DNA from: Alphaproteobacteria bacterium
Lineage (GTDB): Bacteria; Pseudomonadota; Alphaproteobacteria; Rs-D84
Assembly (NCBI GenBank): GCA_017502865.1
Contig: JAFVUD010000006.1
Coordinates: forward strand, 17,699 to 81,698
Reading direction: 5' to 3'
Length of the DNA: 64,000 nucleotides
The position numbers were made by a program, and so were the translations under genes. The notes below the pieces were generated by a model. The model saw nothing but the letters and a program-made list of their open reading frames with translations, ran no database searches and had not been told where the DNA came from. Shown here in pieces: positions 44,262 through 53,544 of the stretch; positions within the stretch are counted from its first letter, which is position 1; each line of letters opens with the position of its first letter.

Positions 44262-45596
44262 ATGAGAAAATTATCATTGTTTTTATTAGGAATTCTGCCC
44301 TTTTCAGCATGGGCGGCGGGGGATAATTGTGCAACACGAAACACTGTGCCACAAGATGTGCTGAACCTGCCACAGATTATTGAATTGGGTCTGTGCAGAA
44401 ACCCACAAACCGCATCGGCATATTTGGCGGCAGAATCTGCCAGATTGGCAAAGAATGCAGGATATGCAAATTATTTGCCCAGTGTGAATGCATCTGCATC
44501 GGCATCATTGCCATATCGCAACGAAGAATGGGGTGATTGGTCGTATGGGGCATCACTGTCGGCATCTTATTTGATTTTTGATTTCGGCAAACGTTTGTCT
44601 GACTTGAATCAATTGGCGGCATCATGGCGGGCCACAGGTTTTGACTATGACGAAAGTGTACAAAACTATATTTACGGTTTGATTGGGTCATATTATTCGC
44701 TGTTGAATGCGGATGCAGATGTCAAGTCGGCCGAAATGCTGCAACAGGTGGCTAAAACAGCACGTGATACAGCATCTAAAAAATTCAAGGCGGGTGCTGT
44801 TGCCAAGGCCGATGTATTAAAAGCAGAAACAACACTGGCCAGTCGTGAATTGGAATTGGAACGTGCAAAAAACAATCGTGAAATTGCCAAGGGAACTTTG
44901 CTGACCAAATTATCTTTTGCAGCAGACCAGGAATTACAGATTGCAGATTTGCCGTCTGAAATTGGTATGCCCCAGGAAACAAAAAGTATAGATGAATTGT
45001 TGGCCCAGGCGAAAAAGACCAGACCGGATTTGTTGCGTGCAACCGCCAACAAAGATGCCGCATGGCACAGAAGAAACAGTGCATTTTTGAAAAATTTACC
45101 AAGCATTTCTGCATCGGGGTCTTTGTCGTGGAATGACACACCCGCCGAAACATTTGGTGCCGGCCAAGATAACATCAGTGCCAGCATTGGTATTCGTGCG
45201 TCTATGCCGATATTCGCAGGTTTTGCGAATGTTTATGGCGTACGCCAGGCCCAGGCAAACTATGAACGTGCCAAAGAACAAGAACGCATGACCCAAGATA
45301 ATGCAACACTGGACGTGTTCACAGCATATCAAAACTACAAGACGGCACAGACGGTGTTAAAGCAGACAGAAACACTGTTGAAATCTGCAACAGAAAGCGA
45401 ACGTGTCACATCGGGTATGTATAAAGTAGGGCGGGCGACTATGCTGGATTGGCAGACAGCCCAGTCTGAATTAAACGATGCACAAAAGCAGCACAATGCC
45501 GCACGATACGATTTATTCACTAAACGTGCAGCCGTTGCATTGGCAGTAGGAGAAATCAAAGCGGAATTAGAAAGCGAGGGAAAAGATGGCAAATAA
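44262..45596 (+). CDS. tolC: TolC-family outer membrane efflux protein
   Basis: 444 aa with a signal peptide and two repeats of the coiled-coil/beta-barrel TolC pattern (..AGYANYLPSV..; ..RSAFLKNLPSISASGS..). Confidence 0.85.
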   Translation: MRKLSLFLLGILPFSAWAAGDNCATRNTVPQDVLNLPQIIELGLCRNPQTASAYLAAESARLAKNAGYANYLPSVNASASASLPYRNEEWGDWSYGASLSASYLIFDFGKRLSDLNQLAASWRATGFDYDESVQNYIYGLIGSYYSLLNADADVKSAEMLQQVAKTARDTASKKFKAGAVAKADVLKAETTLASRELELERAKNNREIAKGTLLTKLSFAADQELQIADLPSEIGMPQETKSIDELLAQAKKTRPDLLRATANKDAAWHRRNSAFLKNLPSISASGSLSWNDTPAETFGAGQDNISASIGIRASMPIFAGFANVYGVRQAQANYERAKEQERMTQDNATLDVFTAYQNYKTAQTVLKQTETLLKSATESERVTSGMYKVGRATMLDWQTAQSELNDAQKQHNAARYDLFTKRAAVALAVGEIKAELESEGKDGK

Positions 45597-46788
45597 AACA
45601 AAAAGTAATCAAAAGACATCATTTATCAAACGTGCCGGTGGTTGGATGTGGCGTAAAAAATGGTGGATTTTGGCAATTGCAGCCGTTGGGGCAACATTCA
45701 TGTTGTTTATGTCGGGTGGCAAAGACAAACCGGGCGAATATGTTTCGGTAAATATTTCACGTGGGGACCTGCGTCAGGTTGTGACTGCAACTGGGGAAAT
45801 TCAGCCTGTGAATACAGTAAATGTTGGTTCCCAGGTTTCGGGAACAATCGACAAGTTATATGTTGATTTTAATTCGACTGTGAAAAAGGGCGATGTTTTG
45901 TTGGAAATCGAACCGTCTGTATTACAGGCATCGGTTGATGAAGCCAAGGCTTCGTTAGACAGTGCAATTTCGCAAAGAAACTTTGCCAAGAACGAATATA
46001 ACCGCAACAAAACACTGTATGGCGAAGGCTTTATCGCACGTGCAGAAATGGAACAATCACAAACACAATACGAACAGGCAGAACAGTCTGTAAAACGTGC
46101 ACAATCAACATATGACAGGGCGGTGACTAATTTGGGCTATGCAACAATTGTTTCACCTGTGAACGGCACAGTTATTTCACGCAAGGTTGATGTGGGCCAG
46201 ACTGTGGCGGCTTCGTTCCAGACACCGGATTTGTTCGAAATTGCAGAAGACCTGTCTAAGATGCAGATTGAAACATCTGTGTCCGAAGCAGACATTGGTG
46301 TTATCAAAGAAGGTCAGCCGGTCACATTTACTGTTGATGCGTATCCAACGGAAACTTTCGAAGGGGTCGTTCGACAGATTAGATTGTCACCAACAGTCAC
46401 TTCGAATGTTGTTGTGTACACTGTGGTTATTGATGTTGATAACACAGATTTAAGATTAAAACCAGGCATGACCGCATTTGTGACAGTTATCATTTCTGAA
46501 AAGAATAATGTATGGAAGGCCGCAAATGCAGCGTTCTTGGTACGGTCGTTCACAGGGATTGTTGACGACGAAACAGCAAACGGTGCAACCCCAAAAACAC
46601 ATTTGGTATTGCTGCGTGATGGGGATACGGTTTTGGTGCCATATGAAAAGGGCCTGGTCACGGCGACTGAAACAGAAATTATTTCAGATGATATTCAGCA
46701 GGGCGACCGTATTGTCGTTGGGCGTATGGGGACAACAGCCGCCAAAGAAACTAATATGCGTATGAATCCTATGCAGGGCCCAAGATAA
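45586..46788 (+). CDS. macA: Efflux periplasmic adaptor (HlyD/MacA family)
   Basis: TM anchor, ..TATGEIQPVNTVNVGSQVSGTI.., coiled coil, ..VSPVNGTVISRKVDVGQTV.. 11-nt overlap with tolC. Confidence 0.85.
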   Translation: MANKTKSNQKTSFIKRAGGWMWRKKWWILAIAAVGATFMLFMSGGKDKPGEYVSVNISRGDLRQVVTATGEIQPVNTVNVGSQVSGTIDKLYVDFNSTVKKGDVLLEIEPSVLQASVDEAKASLDSAISQRNFAKNEYNRNKTLYGEGFIARAEMEQSQTQYEQAEQSVKRAQSTYDRAVTNLGYATIVSPVNGTVISRKVDVGQTVAASFQTPDLFEIAEDLSKMQIETSVSEADIGVIKEGQPVTFTVDAYPTETFEGVVRQIRLSPTVTSNVVVYTVVIDVDNTDLRLKPGMTAFVTVIISEKNNVWKAANAAFLVRSFTGIVDDETANGATPKTHLVLLRDGDTVLVPYEKGLVTATETEIISDDIQQGDRIVVGRMGTTAAKETNMRMNPMQGPR

Positions 46789-46803
46789 TAGTGGGGTAAT
46801 TCC

Positions 46804-47526
46804 ATGAAAAAAGCAGCAGAAACGATTATCGAACTGAAAAACATTAACAAAAGTTTCCCGGTTGAAGTGGGTGGATTTCAACAGGTTCTGTTTGATATAA
46901 ATTTCAAGGTTAAATCTGGTGAATTTGTTGCAATTATGGGCCCCAGCGGTTCGGGTAAATCAACATGCATGAATATTATTGGTGCATTGGACACACCGAC
47001 ATCGGGGATATACGAACTGTACGGTCAAGATGTGACCGAATTATCGTCTGATGAATTGGCGATTGTTCGTAATGAACATATTGGATTTGTTTTTCAGCAG
47101 TTTAATTTGCTGTCTAAACGCAATGTTTTGGACAATGTTATGTTGCCATTGATGTATCGTGGAATGAGCATGGCTGAACGTGAACGACGGGCACGTGAAA
47201 TGCTGAAACGTGTGGGACTGGAAAAGTTCGAAACATATTTGCCAACACAATTATCCGGCGGTATGAAGCAACGTGTTGCAATTGCACGTGCATTGGCAGG
47301 TGACCCAAAATTGATTTTGGCAGACGAACCAACCGGGGCACTGGACAGTAAAATGGGGAATGAAATCCTGAAATTCTTGAAAAAATTAAACAAGGATTTA
47401 GGGATTACAATTGTTATGATTACACACGAATTTGATATTGCAAAATATGCAGACAGATTGATTCATATTCGTGACGGAAAAATAAACTATGACGGTAAAA
47501 TTCCACGCAATGACGATAAACTGTAA
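46804..47526 (+). CDS. macB: ABC transporter ATP-binding protein (MacB/LolD type)
   Basis: Walker A GPSGSGKST, signature LSGGMKQRVAIARAL, Walker B LILADEPTGALD. Confidence 0.9.
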   Translation: MKKAAETIIELKNINKSFPVEVGGFQQVLFDINFKVKSGEFVAIMGPSGSGKSTCMNIIGALDTPTSGIYELYGQDVTELSSDELAIVRNEHIGFVFQQFNLLSKRNVLDNVMLPLMYRGMSMAERERRAREMLKRVGLEKFETYLPTQLSGGMKQRVAIARALAGDPKLILADEPTGALDSKMGNEILKFLKKLNKDLGITIVMITHEFDIAKYADRLIHIRDGKINYDGKIPRNDDKL

Positions 47527-47541
47527 ACCGGGGATTTTCAA

Positions 47542-48759
47542 ATGAGCATTAATGACATTTTAAAAGAATCATGGCTGTCGATAAGCGGTAATAAAATTCG
47601 GTCTTTTTTAACCGTACTGGGGATTATTATCGGGGTTATGGCGGTAGTTATTATGGTGGCGGTTGGTGAAACCGTACAAAAGCAAATTACGGACCAGTTT
47701 TCGTCCCTGGGGACAAATACAATTATGATTCGTGCAGGTGCGGCACAGCAGGCCGGCGTGCGTACAGGCAGCAGACAGACACTGACCATAGATGATGCAC
47801 AATTTATCGCAAAACTGCCCGATGTTATGGCCGTGACACCGGTTCAAAATGGTGCCGCACAAATTATTTACGGAAATAAAAACTGGGGAACATCGATGGT
47901 TGGGGTGTACCCAGATTATACAACCGTTCAAAACATTGAAATGGAATATGGAACATTCTTTGATATGTCGGCGGTTAGAAATGCATCTACATACGCTGTA
48001 ATCGGTCCAGAAACCGCCGAAGAATTAGGAATGAACAAGAACCCCATTGGCGAAGTTATTCGCATCCAGAACACGCCTTTTACAGTTATTGGTGTCACCA
48101 AGGCCAAGGGGGATTCTGCAATGGGCAGCCAGGACGATATGGTGTTGGTGCCGATTACGACACTGAAAAAGCGTGTCCAGGGCAGCCGATTCCCAAATTC
48201 TGTCCAAATGATTGCATTAAAACTGTTCCAGGATTCTGATAATAATTTGGCGATTGAACAAATTACGGCACTGTTGCGACAAAGACACAGACTGAAAGAC
48301 GATGCCGCAGATGATTTCCAAATTATGGATATGAAGCAGATTATGGAAACAATGACCACGGTCACAGGGTATATGAAAATGCTGTTGATTGCGATTGCGG
48401 CGGTTTCATTGCTGGTGGGGGCGATTGGTATTATGAATATGATGTTGGTATCGGTCGCAGAAAGAACACGTGAAATTGGTATTCGCAAGGCAATTGGGGC
48501 ACGTGAAAGCCATATCACAATCCAATTCTTGGCAGAATCTATTATGATTTCGTTTATTGGGTCTATGATTGGATTGATATTGGGGGTCGGTTTAAGCCAG
48601 GGGGTTGGCCGGGGTATTTTGGGGTACAATGTGCCATTCAGTATTTGGCCGGTCGTATTATCTGTGTCTGTGGCGGTAGTTGTTGGGTTGGCGTCGGGTG
48701 TGGTGCCGGCACGCAAAGCGGCAAAATTAAACCCAATCGACAGTTTAAGACACGAATAG
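47542..48759 (+). CDS. ABC transporter permease (MacB/FtsX family)
   Basis: 405 aa: TM1, a large periplasmic domain, then three C-terminal TMs with ..ERTREIGIRKAIGA.. The ATPase and permease are separate genes. Confidence 0.85.
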   Translation: MSINDILKESWLSISGNKIRSFLTVLGIIIGVMAVVIMVAVGETVQKQITDQFSSLGTNTIMIRAGAAQQAGVRTGSRQTLTIDDAQFIAKLPDVMAVTPVQNGAAQIIYGNKNWGTSMVGVYPDYTTVQNIEMEYGTFFDMSAVRNASTYAVIGPETAEELGMNKNPIGEVIRIQNTPFTVIGVTKAKGDSAMGSQDDMVLVPITTLKKRVQGSRFPNSVQMIALKLFQDSDNNLAIEQITALLRQRHRLKDDAADDFQIMDMKQIMETMTTVTGYMKMLLIAIAAVSLLVGAIGIMNMMLVSVAERTREIGIRKAIGARESHITIQFLAESIMISFIGSMIGLILGVGLSQGVGRGILGYNVPFSIWPVVLSVSVAVVVGLASGVVPARKAAKLNPIDSLRHE

Positions 48760-48817
48760 GCAGTACGATATTTAATATTTGCTTTTCTGATTTTCTTTGT
48801 TATAATCGGGGGGCTTT

Positions 48818-48894
48818 GGGTGGTTAGCTCAGTTGGTTAGAGCGTTACGTTGACATCGTAAAGGTCGTTGGTTCGAGTCCAATACCACCCACCA
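48818..48894 (+). tRNA. tRNA-Val (anticodon GAC)
   Basis: GGGTGGTTAGCTCAGTTGGTTAGAGCGTTACGTTGACATCGTAAAGGTCGTTGGTTCGAGTCCAATACCACCCACCA. Anticodon loop TTGACAT. TATAAT at 48801-06 upstream. Confidence 0.92.
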
Positions 48895-48998
48895 TACTTC
48901 ACCAGGGTTTTGTATGGTACAGCCATAAGTTATTGGAATAATATAAAACTATGCGAATGCACAATTAATCTTGTATCAAAAAAACAACGGGAATCAAT

Positions 48999-49026
48999 GG
49001 ACGCCCCGTTGGCGTCTATTTTTTTT
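48999..49026 (+). terminator. Intrinsic terminator 18 nt upstream of the metG ATG
   Basis: GACGCC (49000-05) / GGCGTC (49011-16), then TATTTTTTTT (to 49026). Confidence 0.65.
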
Positions 49027-49044
49027 GGAAAAAGGATTTGAAAT

Positions 49045-51030
49045 ATGGCAAAGAAACATTTAATTACATCGGCATTACCATATGTGAATGGGGAACTGCA
49101 CCTGGGGCATTTGATTGGGTGCTATCTGCCCAGTGATGTTTACGCACGTTTCTGTCGGGCAATGGGCCGTGATGTGTTATATGTTTGCGGGGCCGACGAA
49201 CATGGAACACCCGCCGTTGTTGGGGCCGCCGCAGAAGGTTTGCCAATTATCGAATACAATAATAAATACTATGAAAAGCATTTGCGGGCGGTTCGTGACT
49301 TTAACCTGTCGTTCGATTTGTATGGGCGTACACACACAGAAAAACAAGAAAAACTGATTCATGATTTGTTCACACGTTTAGACGAACAGGGATTGATTGA
49401 AGAACGCGAAACAATCCAGCCTTTTTCCGTTGATGACAATATGTTCTTGGCCGATCGTCAATTGGTTGGTACTTGTCCAAAGTGCGGATATGAAAATGCA
49501 CGTGGGGACCAATGTGATAAATGCAGTGCAACATACGAAGCAACAGAATTGGTTAATCCACGCAGTACTATTTCAAACAGTTCTAATATTGAATACAGAC
49601 CAACAAAAAATCTGTTCTTTTTAGCATCCAAGGTAGAAGATGCATGGAAACAATGGTTGGCAGAACATGCACCAAAATGGTCTAAATCGGCCGCCGCAAT
49701 TGCACGTGGGTGGGCAAACGAAGGGTTGCATGATACATCTATTACACGTGATTTGCCGTGGGGAATTCCAGTTAATAAACCGGGCTATGAAAACAAAGTG
49801 TTCTATGTTTGGTTTGATGCACCATGGGGTTATGTTTCAATATCACAATATGCAAATGACGACTGGGCATCGTGGTGGAAAAACCCAGATACACACTATG
49901 CACAGTTTATGGGTAAAGACAATGTGAAATTCCATGCGGTATTTTTCCCAGAACAGCAGTTGGCAATGAATGACAACTGGAAAACAGTTGATATGTTAAA
50001 GGGTATGAATTTCCTGAATTTCGAAGGGGGAAAATTCTCGAAATCACAAAAACGTGGTATTTTCTTGGACCAGGCGATTGAAATCGCACCGGCTGATTAC
50101 TGGCGGTATGCGTTGCTGGCATCGGCACCAGAAACAGATGATAACGATTTCACATTAAGTCGTTTTGCAGATATCGTGAATAAAGACCTGAATGGTATGC
50201 TGGGGAATTTTGTTAGCCGTGTTTGCAAACTGACTGCGAAAAACTTTGGCAACAATGTGCCGGCAGGTGGCGAAATAAACCCAGAATTAAAGGCACAGAT
50301 TGATGCAAAAATCACAGAATTGACAGATGCGCTGGATGCATGCGAATTCCGCAATGCGATTGCTGCGTTGCGTGGACTGTATGCGATTGGTAATGAATAC
50401 ATGACCAAATGCGAACCGTGGGCGTTGGTTAAAAATGGCGACACAGATGGGGCGGCAAAATGCCTGAACGAATGTTTCCAGATGATTGATTTGTTTGCAC
50501 GTGTGTCTGGGCCATTTATCCCAAGTGCGGCTGAAAAAATGCAGGCCGTGTTCGTGAATACAAATGATTTGTCATGGCCAACGGAATACGAACATCGTAT
50601 CGCAGATGGGGCGGAATTTGTAATTCCAGAAAACCTGTTTAATCGTATTGATGATGAAACAGTTGCAAAATTAACAGAACAATTTGCACCTAAAAAGCTG
50701 GACAATACACCAAAACCGGTTGTTGCAGAAATTGTTGATGTAAAAAATCATCCAACACGTGAAGATTTACACGTTTTGACCGTGAATTATGGGGCCAAAA
50801 CCCCAGCCCAGGTTGTTTGTGCGGCACCAAATGTAAAATCTGGAATGTTTGGGGTATTCGCACCGGTTGGTGCACAATTGCCAAAGATTAAGAAGCCACT
50901 GGCCCAGCGCACGGTTGCAGGCGTTGAATCGTATGGTATGATGTGCGGTGCGGCGGAATTAGGCCGCGGCGAAGACGATGGCAATATTCTGGAAATCACA
51001 GATGGAACGCCGGTTGGAACAGAATTTTAA
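49045..51030 (+). CDS. metG: Methionyl-tRNA synthetase (with C-terminal tRNA-binding domain)
   Basis: HIGH-type PYVNGELHLGHL, KMSKS-type GGKFSKSQ, Zn knuckle CPKCGY..CDKC, C-terminal EMAP/Trbp111-like domain. Confidence 0.95.
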   Translation: MAKKHLITSALPYVNGELHLGHLIGCYLPSDVYARFCRAMGRDVLYVCGADEHGTPAVVGAAAEGLPIIEYNNKYYEKHLRAVRDFNLSFDLYGRTHTEKQEKLIHDLFTRLDEQGLIEERETIQPFSVDDNMFLADRQLVGTCPKCGYENARGDQCDKCSATYEATELVNPRSTISNSSNIEYRPTKNLFFLASKVEDAWKQWLAEHAPKWSKSAAAIARGWANEGLHDTSITRDLPWGIPVNKPGYENKVFYVWFDAPWGYVSISQYANDDWASWWKNPDTHYAQFMGKDNVKFHAVFFPEQQLAMNDNWKTVDMLKGMNFLNFEGGKFSKSQKRGIFLDQAIEIAPADYWRYALLASAPETDDNDFTLSRFADIVNKDLNGMLGNFVSRVCKLTAKNFGNNVPAGGEINPELKAQIDAKITELTDALDACEFRNAIAALRGLYAIGNEYMTKCEPWALVKNGDTDGAAKCLNECFQMIDLFARVSGPFIPSAAEKMQAVFVNTNDLSWPTEYEHRIADGAEFVIPENLFNRIDDETVAKLTEQFAPKKLDNTPKPVVAEIVDVKNHPTREDLHVLTVNYGAKTPAQVVCAAPNVKSGMFGVFAPVGAQLPKIKKPLAQRTVAGVESYGMMCGAAELGRGEDDGNILEITDGTPVGTEF

Positions 51031-51047
51031 TTATCAGGATATGAATT

Positions 51048-51365
51048 ATGTTAAAAGACAAAGTTATTGTAAATATTAAAACAGATATTAATGCGACGAC
51101 TAATTTGAACCACGTTGTTATGAAATGCAATAAATGCCGCGAAATGCTGACTGGGAATGTACCAGAATGTATCAAGGGGGCACCATGTAAACTGGAAGCA
51201 TATATCGCAGAACGCATGCCAAACACAGTGTCTGCAAAACATGGGGCAACAGTCACAGAAGTAATTATACCGGTTAAAAGTGTGTCAGAGGCAGAACGTG
51301 CGTTAAATGTCGCAAAACGTGCAATAAAACTGCGTACACATCAAATTTACAGAACATGCAAATAG
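51048..51365 (+). CDS. Hypothetical small protein with CxxC..C..C cluster
   Basis: 105 aa with ..KCNKCREMLTGNVPECIKGAPCK.. Lies between metG and queH with gaps of 17 and 1 nt, so it is likely co-transcribed. Confidence 0.5.
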   Translation: MLKDKVIVNIKTDINATTNLNHVVMKCNKCREMLTGNVPECIKGAPCKLEAYIAERMPNTVSAKHGATVTEVIIPVKSVSEAERALNVAKRAIKLRTHQIYRTCK

Positions 51366-51366
51366 T

Positions 51367-51906
51367 ATGAATCAGATGCGGTTGGTTTTACTGTCGTGTT
51401 GTGCACCGTGTTCAGCGGGGGCGATTAAGCAGTTGGCCGATGGGGCAGTGGACGGTGTGTCTGATTTTATTGTTTTGTTTTATAACCCGAATATTTTCCC
51501 AGAAACAGAATACACCAAACGTATGGCAGAACAGATTAAATACTGTGAAGCGTTGGGTGTTAAATATGCTGTTTTGGAATACGACCATGATGCATGGCGG
51601 GCGGCCGTTCGTGGATTTGAAACAGCCCCAGAACGTGGTGCACGGTGCAGTCTGTGTTTTGAATATCGTTTCCGCCGGGCGGTAAAATTTGCCCGTGAAA
51701 ATGGATACGATGCAATTGGGTCTGTGTTGGGTGTGTCACGACACAAAGACCAATCCCAGGTCGATTTGGCAGCAACAAACGTATGTGATGAAATTCAATA
51801 TTTACCAATTAAATGGGACGAAGGATTGCGTATTCAAATAAACCGCACATCTGATTTTTACCGACAAAATTATTGCGGTTGCGAATTTAGTATTCGCAAA
51901 GTATAA
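51367..51906 (+). CDS. queH: Epoxyqueuosine reductase QueH (DUF208)
   Basis: ..LLSCCAPCS.., ..CSLCFEYRF.., C-terminal ..YRQNYCGCEFS. Confidence 0.8.
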   Translation: MNQMRLVLLSCCAPCSAGAIKQLADGAVDGVSDFIVLFYNPNIFPETEYTKRMAEQIKYCEALGVKYAVLEYDHDAWRAAVRGFETAPERGARCSLCFEYRFRRAVKFARENGYDAIGSVLGVSRHKDQSQVDLAATNVCDEIQYLPIKWDEGLRIQINRTSDFYRQNYCGCEFSIRKV

Positions 51907-51935
51907 TCCATATAAAAATAAACAAAAGGTTTTAT

Positions 51936-52811
51936 ATGTCATCGATTTTTGTATTCCCAGGCCAGGGTGCACAAGCCGTTGGTATGGGCAAAGAATTATA
52001 TGAAAATAATGCTGCTGCACGTGCAGTGTTTGATGAAGTTGATGCGGCGTTGGGCGAAAAATTATCAGATATTATTTTTAATGGGCCGGCCGATACACTG
52101 ACATTGACTGCGAATGTTCAGCCTGCGATTATGGCGACATCTATTGCGATGATGCGGGCGGCAAATGCACAGTTGCCTGAATTTGTAGCGGGGCATTCGT
52201 TGGGGGAATATACCGCACTGTGTGCAGCGGGTGCACTGTCTGTTGGGGATGCAGCAAAATTGTTGCGTGTACGTGGTAATGCAATGCAATCTGCCGTGCC
52301 GGTTGGTATGGGATTGACCGCCGTTATTTTAGGTTTGGATATAGATGCGGTACGTGAAATCTGTGCCAAGACAGACTGTGACGTTGCAAATGACAACAGT
52401 GCCGGCCAGGTTGTAATTTCAGGTGCAAAAGAAATTGTAGAGGCGACTATGGCCGCCGCCAAAGAAGCAGGGGCAAAACGTGCAATGCCATTGGCGTTGT
52501 CTGTGCCGGTTCATTGCCGTATGCAGCAACCCGCCGCAGATGCGATGAAGGAAGCATTGGCGGGTGTTAAGATGAATACACCGGTTGTGCCAATTATTTC
52601 AAACAAGACGTGTACACCACTGACCAATGTTGATGAAATTAAAGAAGCGTTGGTTTATCAAATGACACATGGTGTACGCTGGCGTGAAAGTGTTTTGGCA
52701 ATGGCTGATTTGGGAATTACAGAACAAATTGAAGTGGGACCAGGGTCTGTACTGACGGGGCTGTGTTCCAGAATAACAGATAAAATAACCGCAAAGAAAT
52801 TGGAGATATAA
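51936..52811 (+). CDS. fabD: Malonyl CoA-ACP transacylase
   Basis: ..FVFPGQGAQAVGMG.. and active site GHSLGEYTAL. Confidence 0.9.
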   Translation: MSSIFVFPGQGAQAVGMGKELYENNAAARAVFDEVDAALGEKLSDIIFNGPADTLTLTANVQPAIMATSIAMMRAANAQLPEFVAGHSLGEYTALCAAGALSVGDAAKLLRVRGNAMQSAVPVGMGLTAVILGLDIDAVREICAKTDCDVANDNSAGQVVISGAKEIVEATMAAAKEAGAKRAMPLALSVPVHCRMQQPAADAMKEALAGVKMNTPVVPIISNKTCTPLTNVDEIKEALVYQMTHGVRWRESVLAMADLGITEQIEVGPGSVLTGLCSRITDKITAKKLEI

Positions 52812-52812
52812 C

Positions 52813-53544
52813 ATGTTTGATTTATCAGGTAAAGTCGCACTGATTACAGGCGCAACAGGGGGTATCGGCGGGGCAATTGCACGCAAAATGAAAGAAGCAG
52901 GTGCAACCGTTGTTGTGTCGGGCAGAAATGTTGCAAAAATGGACGCTGAATTCGGTGATGAATATATCAAAATTCCATGCGATTTGGCCGCAGAAGGTGG
53001 TGCTGCGGTGGAATTGGTTATGAATACCATCGAACAGGCCGGTAAAATCGATATTCTGGTGAACAATGCCGGTATTACAAAAGATACTTTGTTAATGCGT
53101 ATGACAGATGAACAGTTCGATGATGTTATTAATACAAATCTGCGTTCATGCTTTAAAATGTGCCGTGCTGCGATTATGCCAATGATGAAAAATCGTTTTG
53201 GACGTATTATCAATATGGCGTCTATTATCGGCACAATTGGCGGCCCAGGCCAGGCAAACTATGCCGCATCCAAAGGTGGTATGATTGCAATGACAAAATC
53301 TATTGCCGCCGAGGTTGGTTCACGTGGTATCACAGCCAATGCCGTTGCACCAGGCTTTATAAAAACACCAATGACAGATGTTTTGCCAGAAGAACTGAAA
53401 AAGACATATTTGGCACAGATTCCAACAGGACGTTTCGGCGAACCAGAAGATATTGCAAATACATGTGTATTCTTGGCATCTGAGGAAGCAGGCTATATCA
53501 ATGGCCAGACAATTCATGTAAATGGTGGTATGGGTCGTTTTTAA
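52813..53544 (+). CDS. fabG: 3-oxoacyl-ACP reductase FabG
   Basis: TGATGGIGGAIA, NNAGIT, YAASKGG SDR motifs. No acpP or fabF follows. Confidence 0.9.
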   Translation: MFDLSGKVALITGATGGIGGAIARKMKEAGATVVVSGRNVAKMDAEFGDEYIKIPCDLAAEGGAAVELVMNTIEQAGKIDILVNNAGITKDTLLMRMTDEQFDDVINTNLRSCFKMCRAAIMPMMKNRFGRIINMASIIGTIGGPGQANYAASKGGMIAMTKSIAAEVGSRGITANAVAPGFIKTPMTDVLPEELKKTYLAQIPTGRFGEPEDIANTCVFLASEEAGYINGQTIHVNGGMGRF

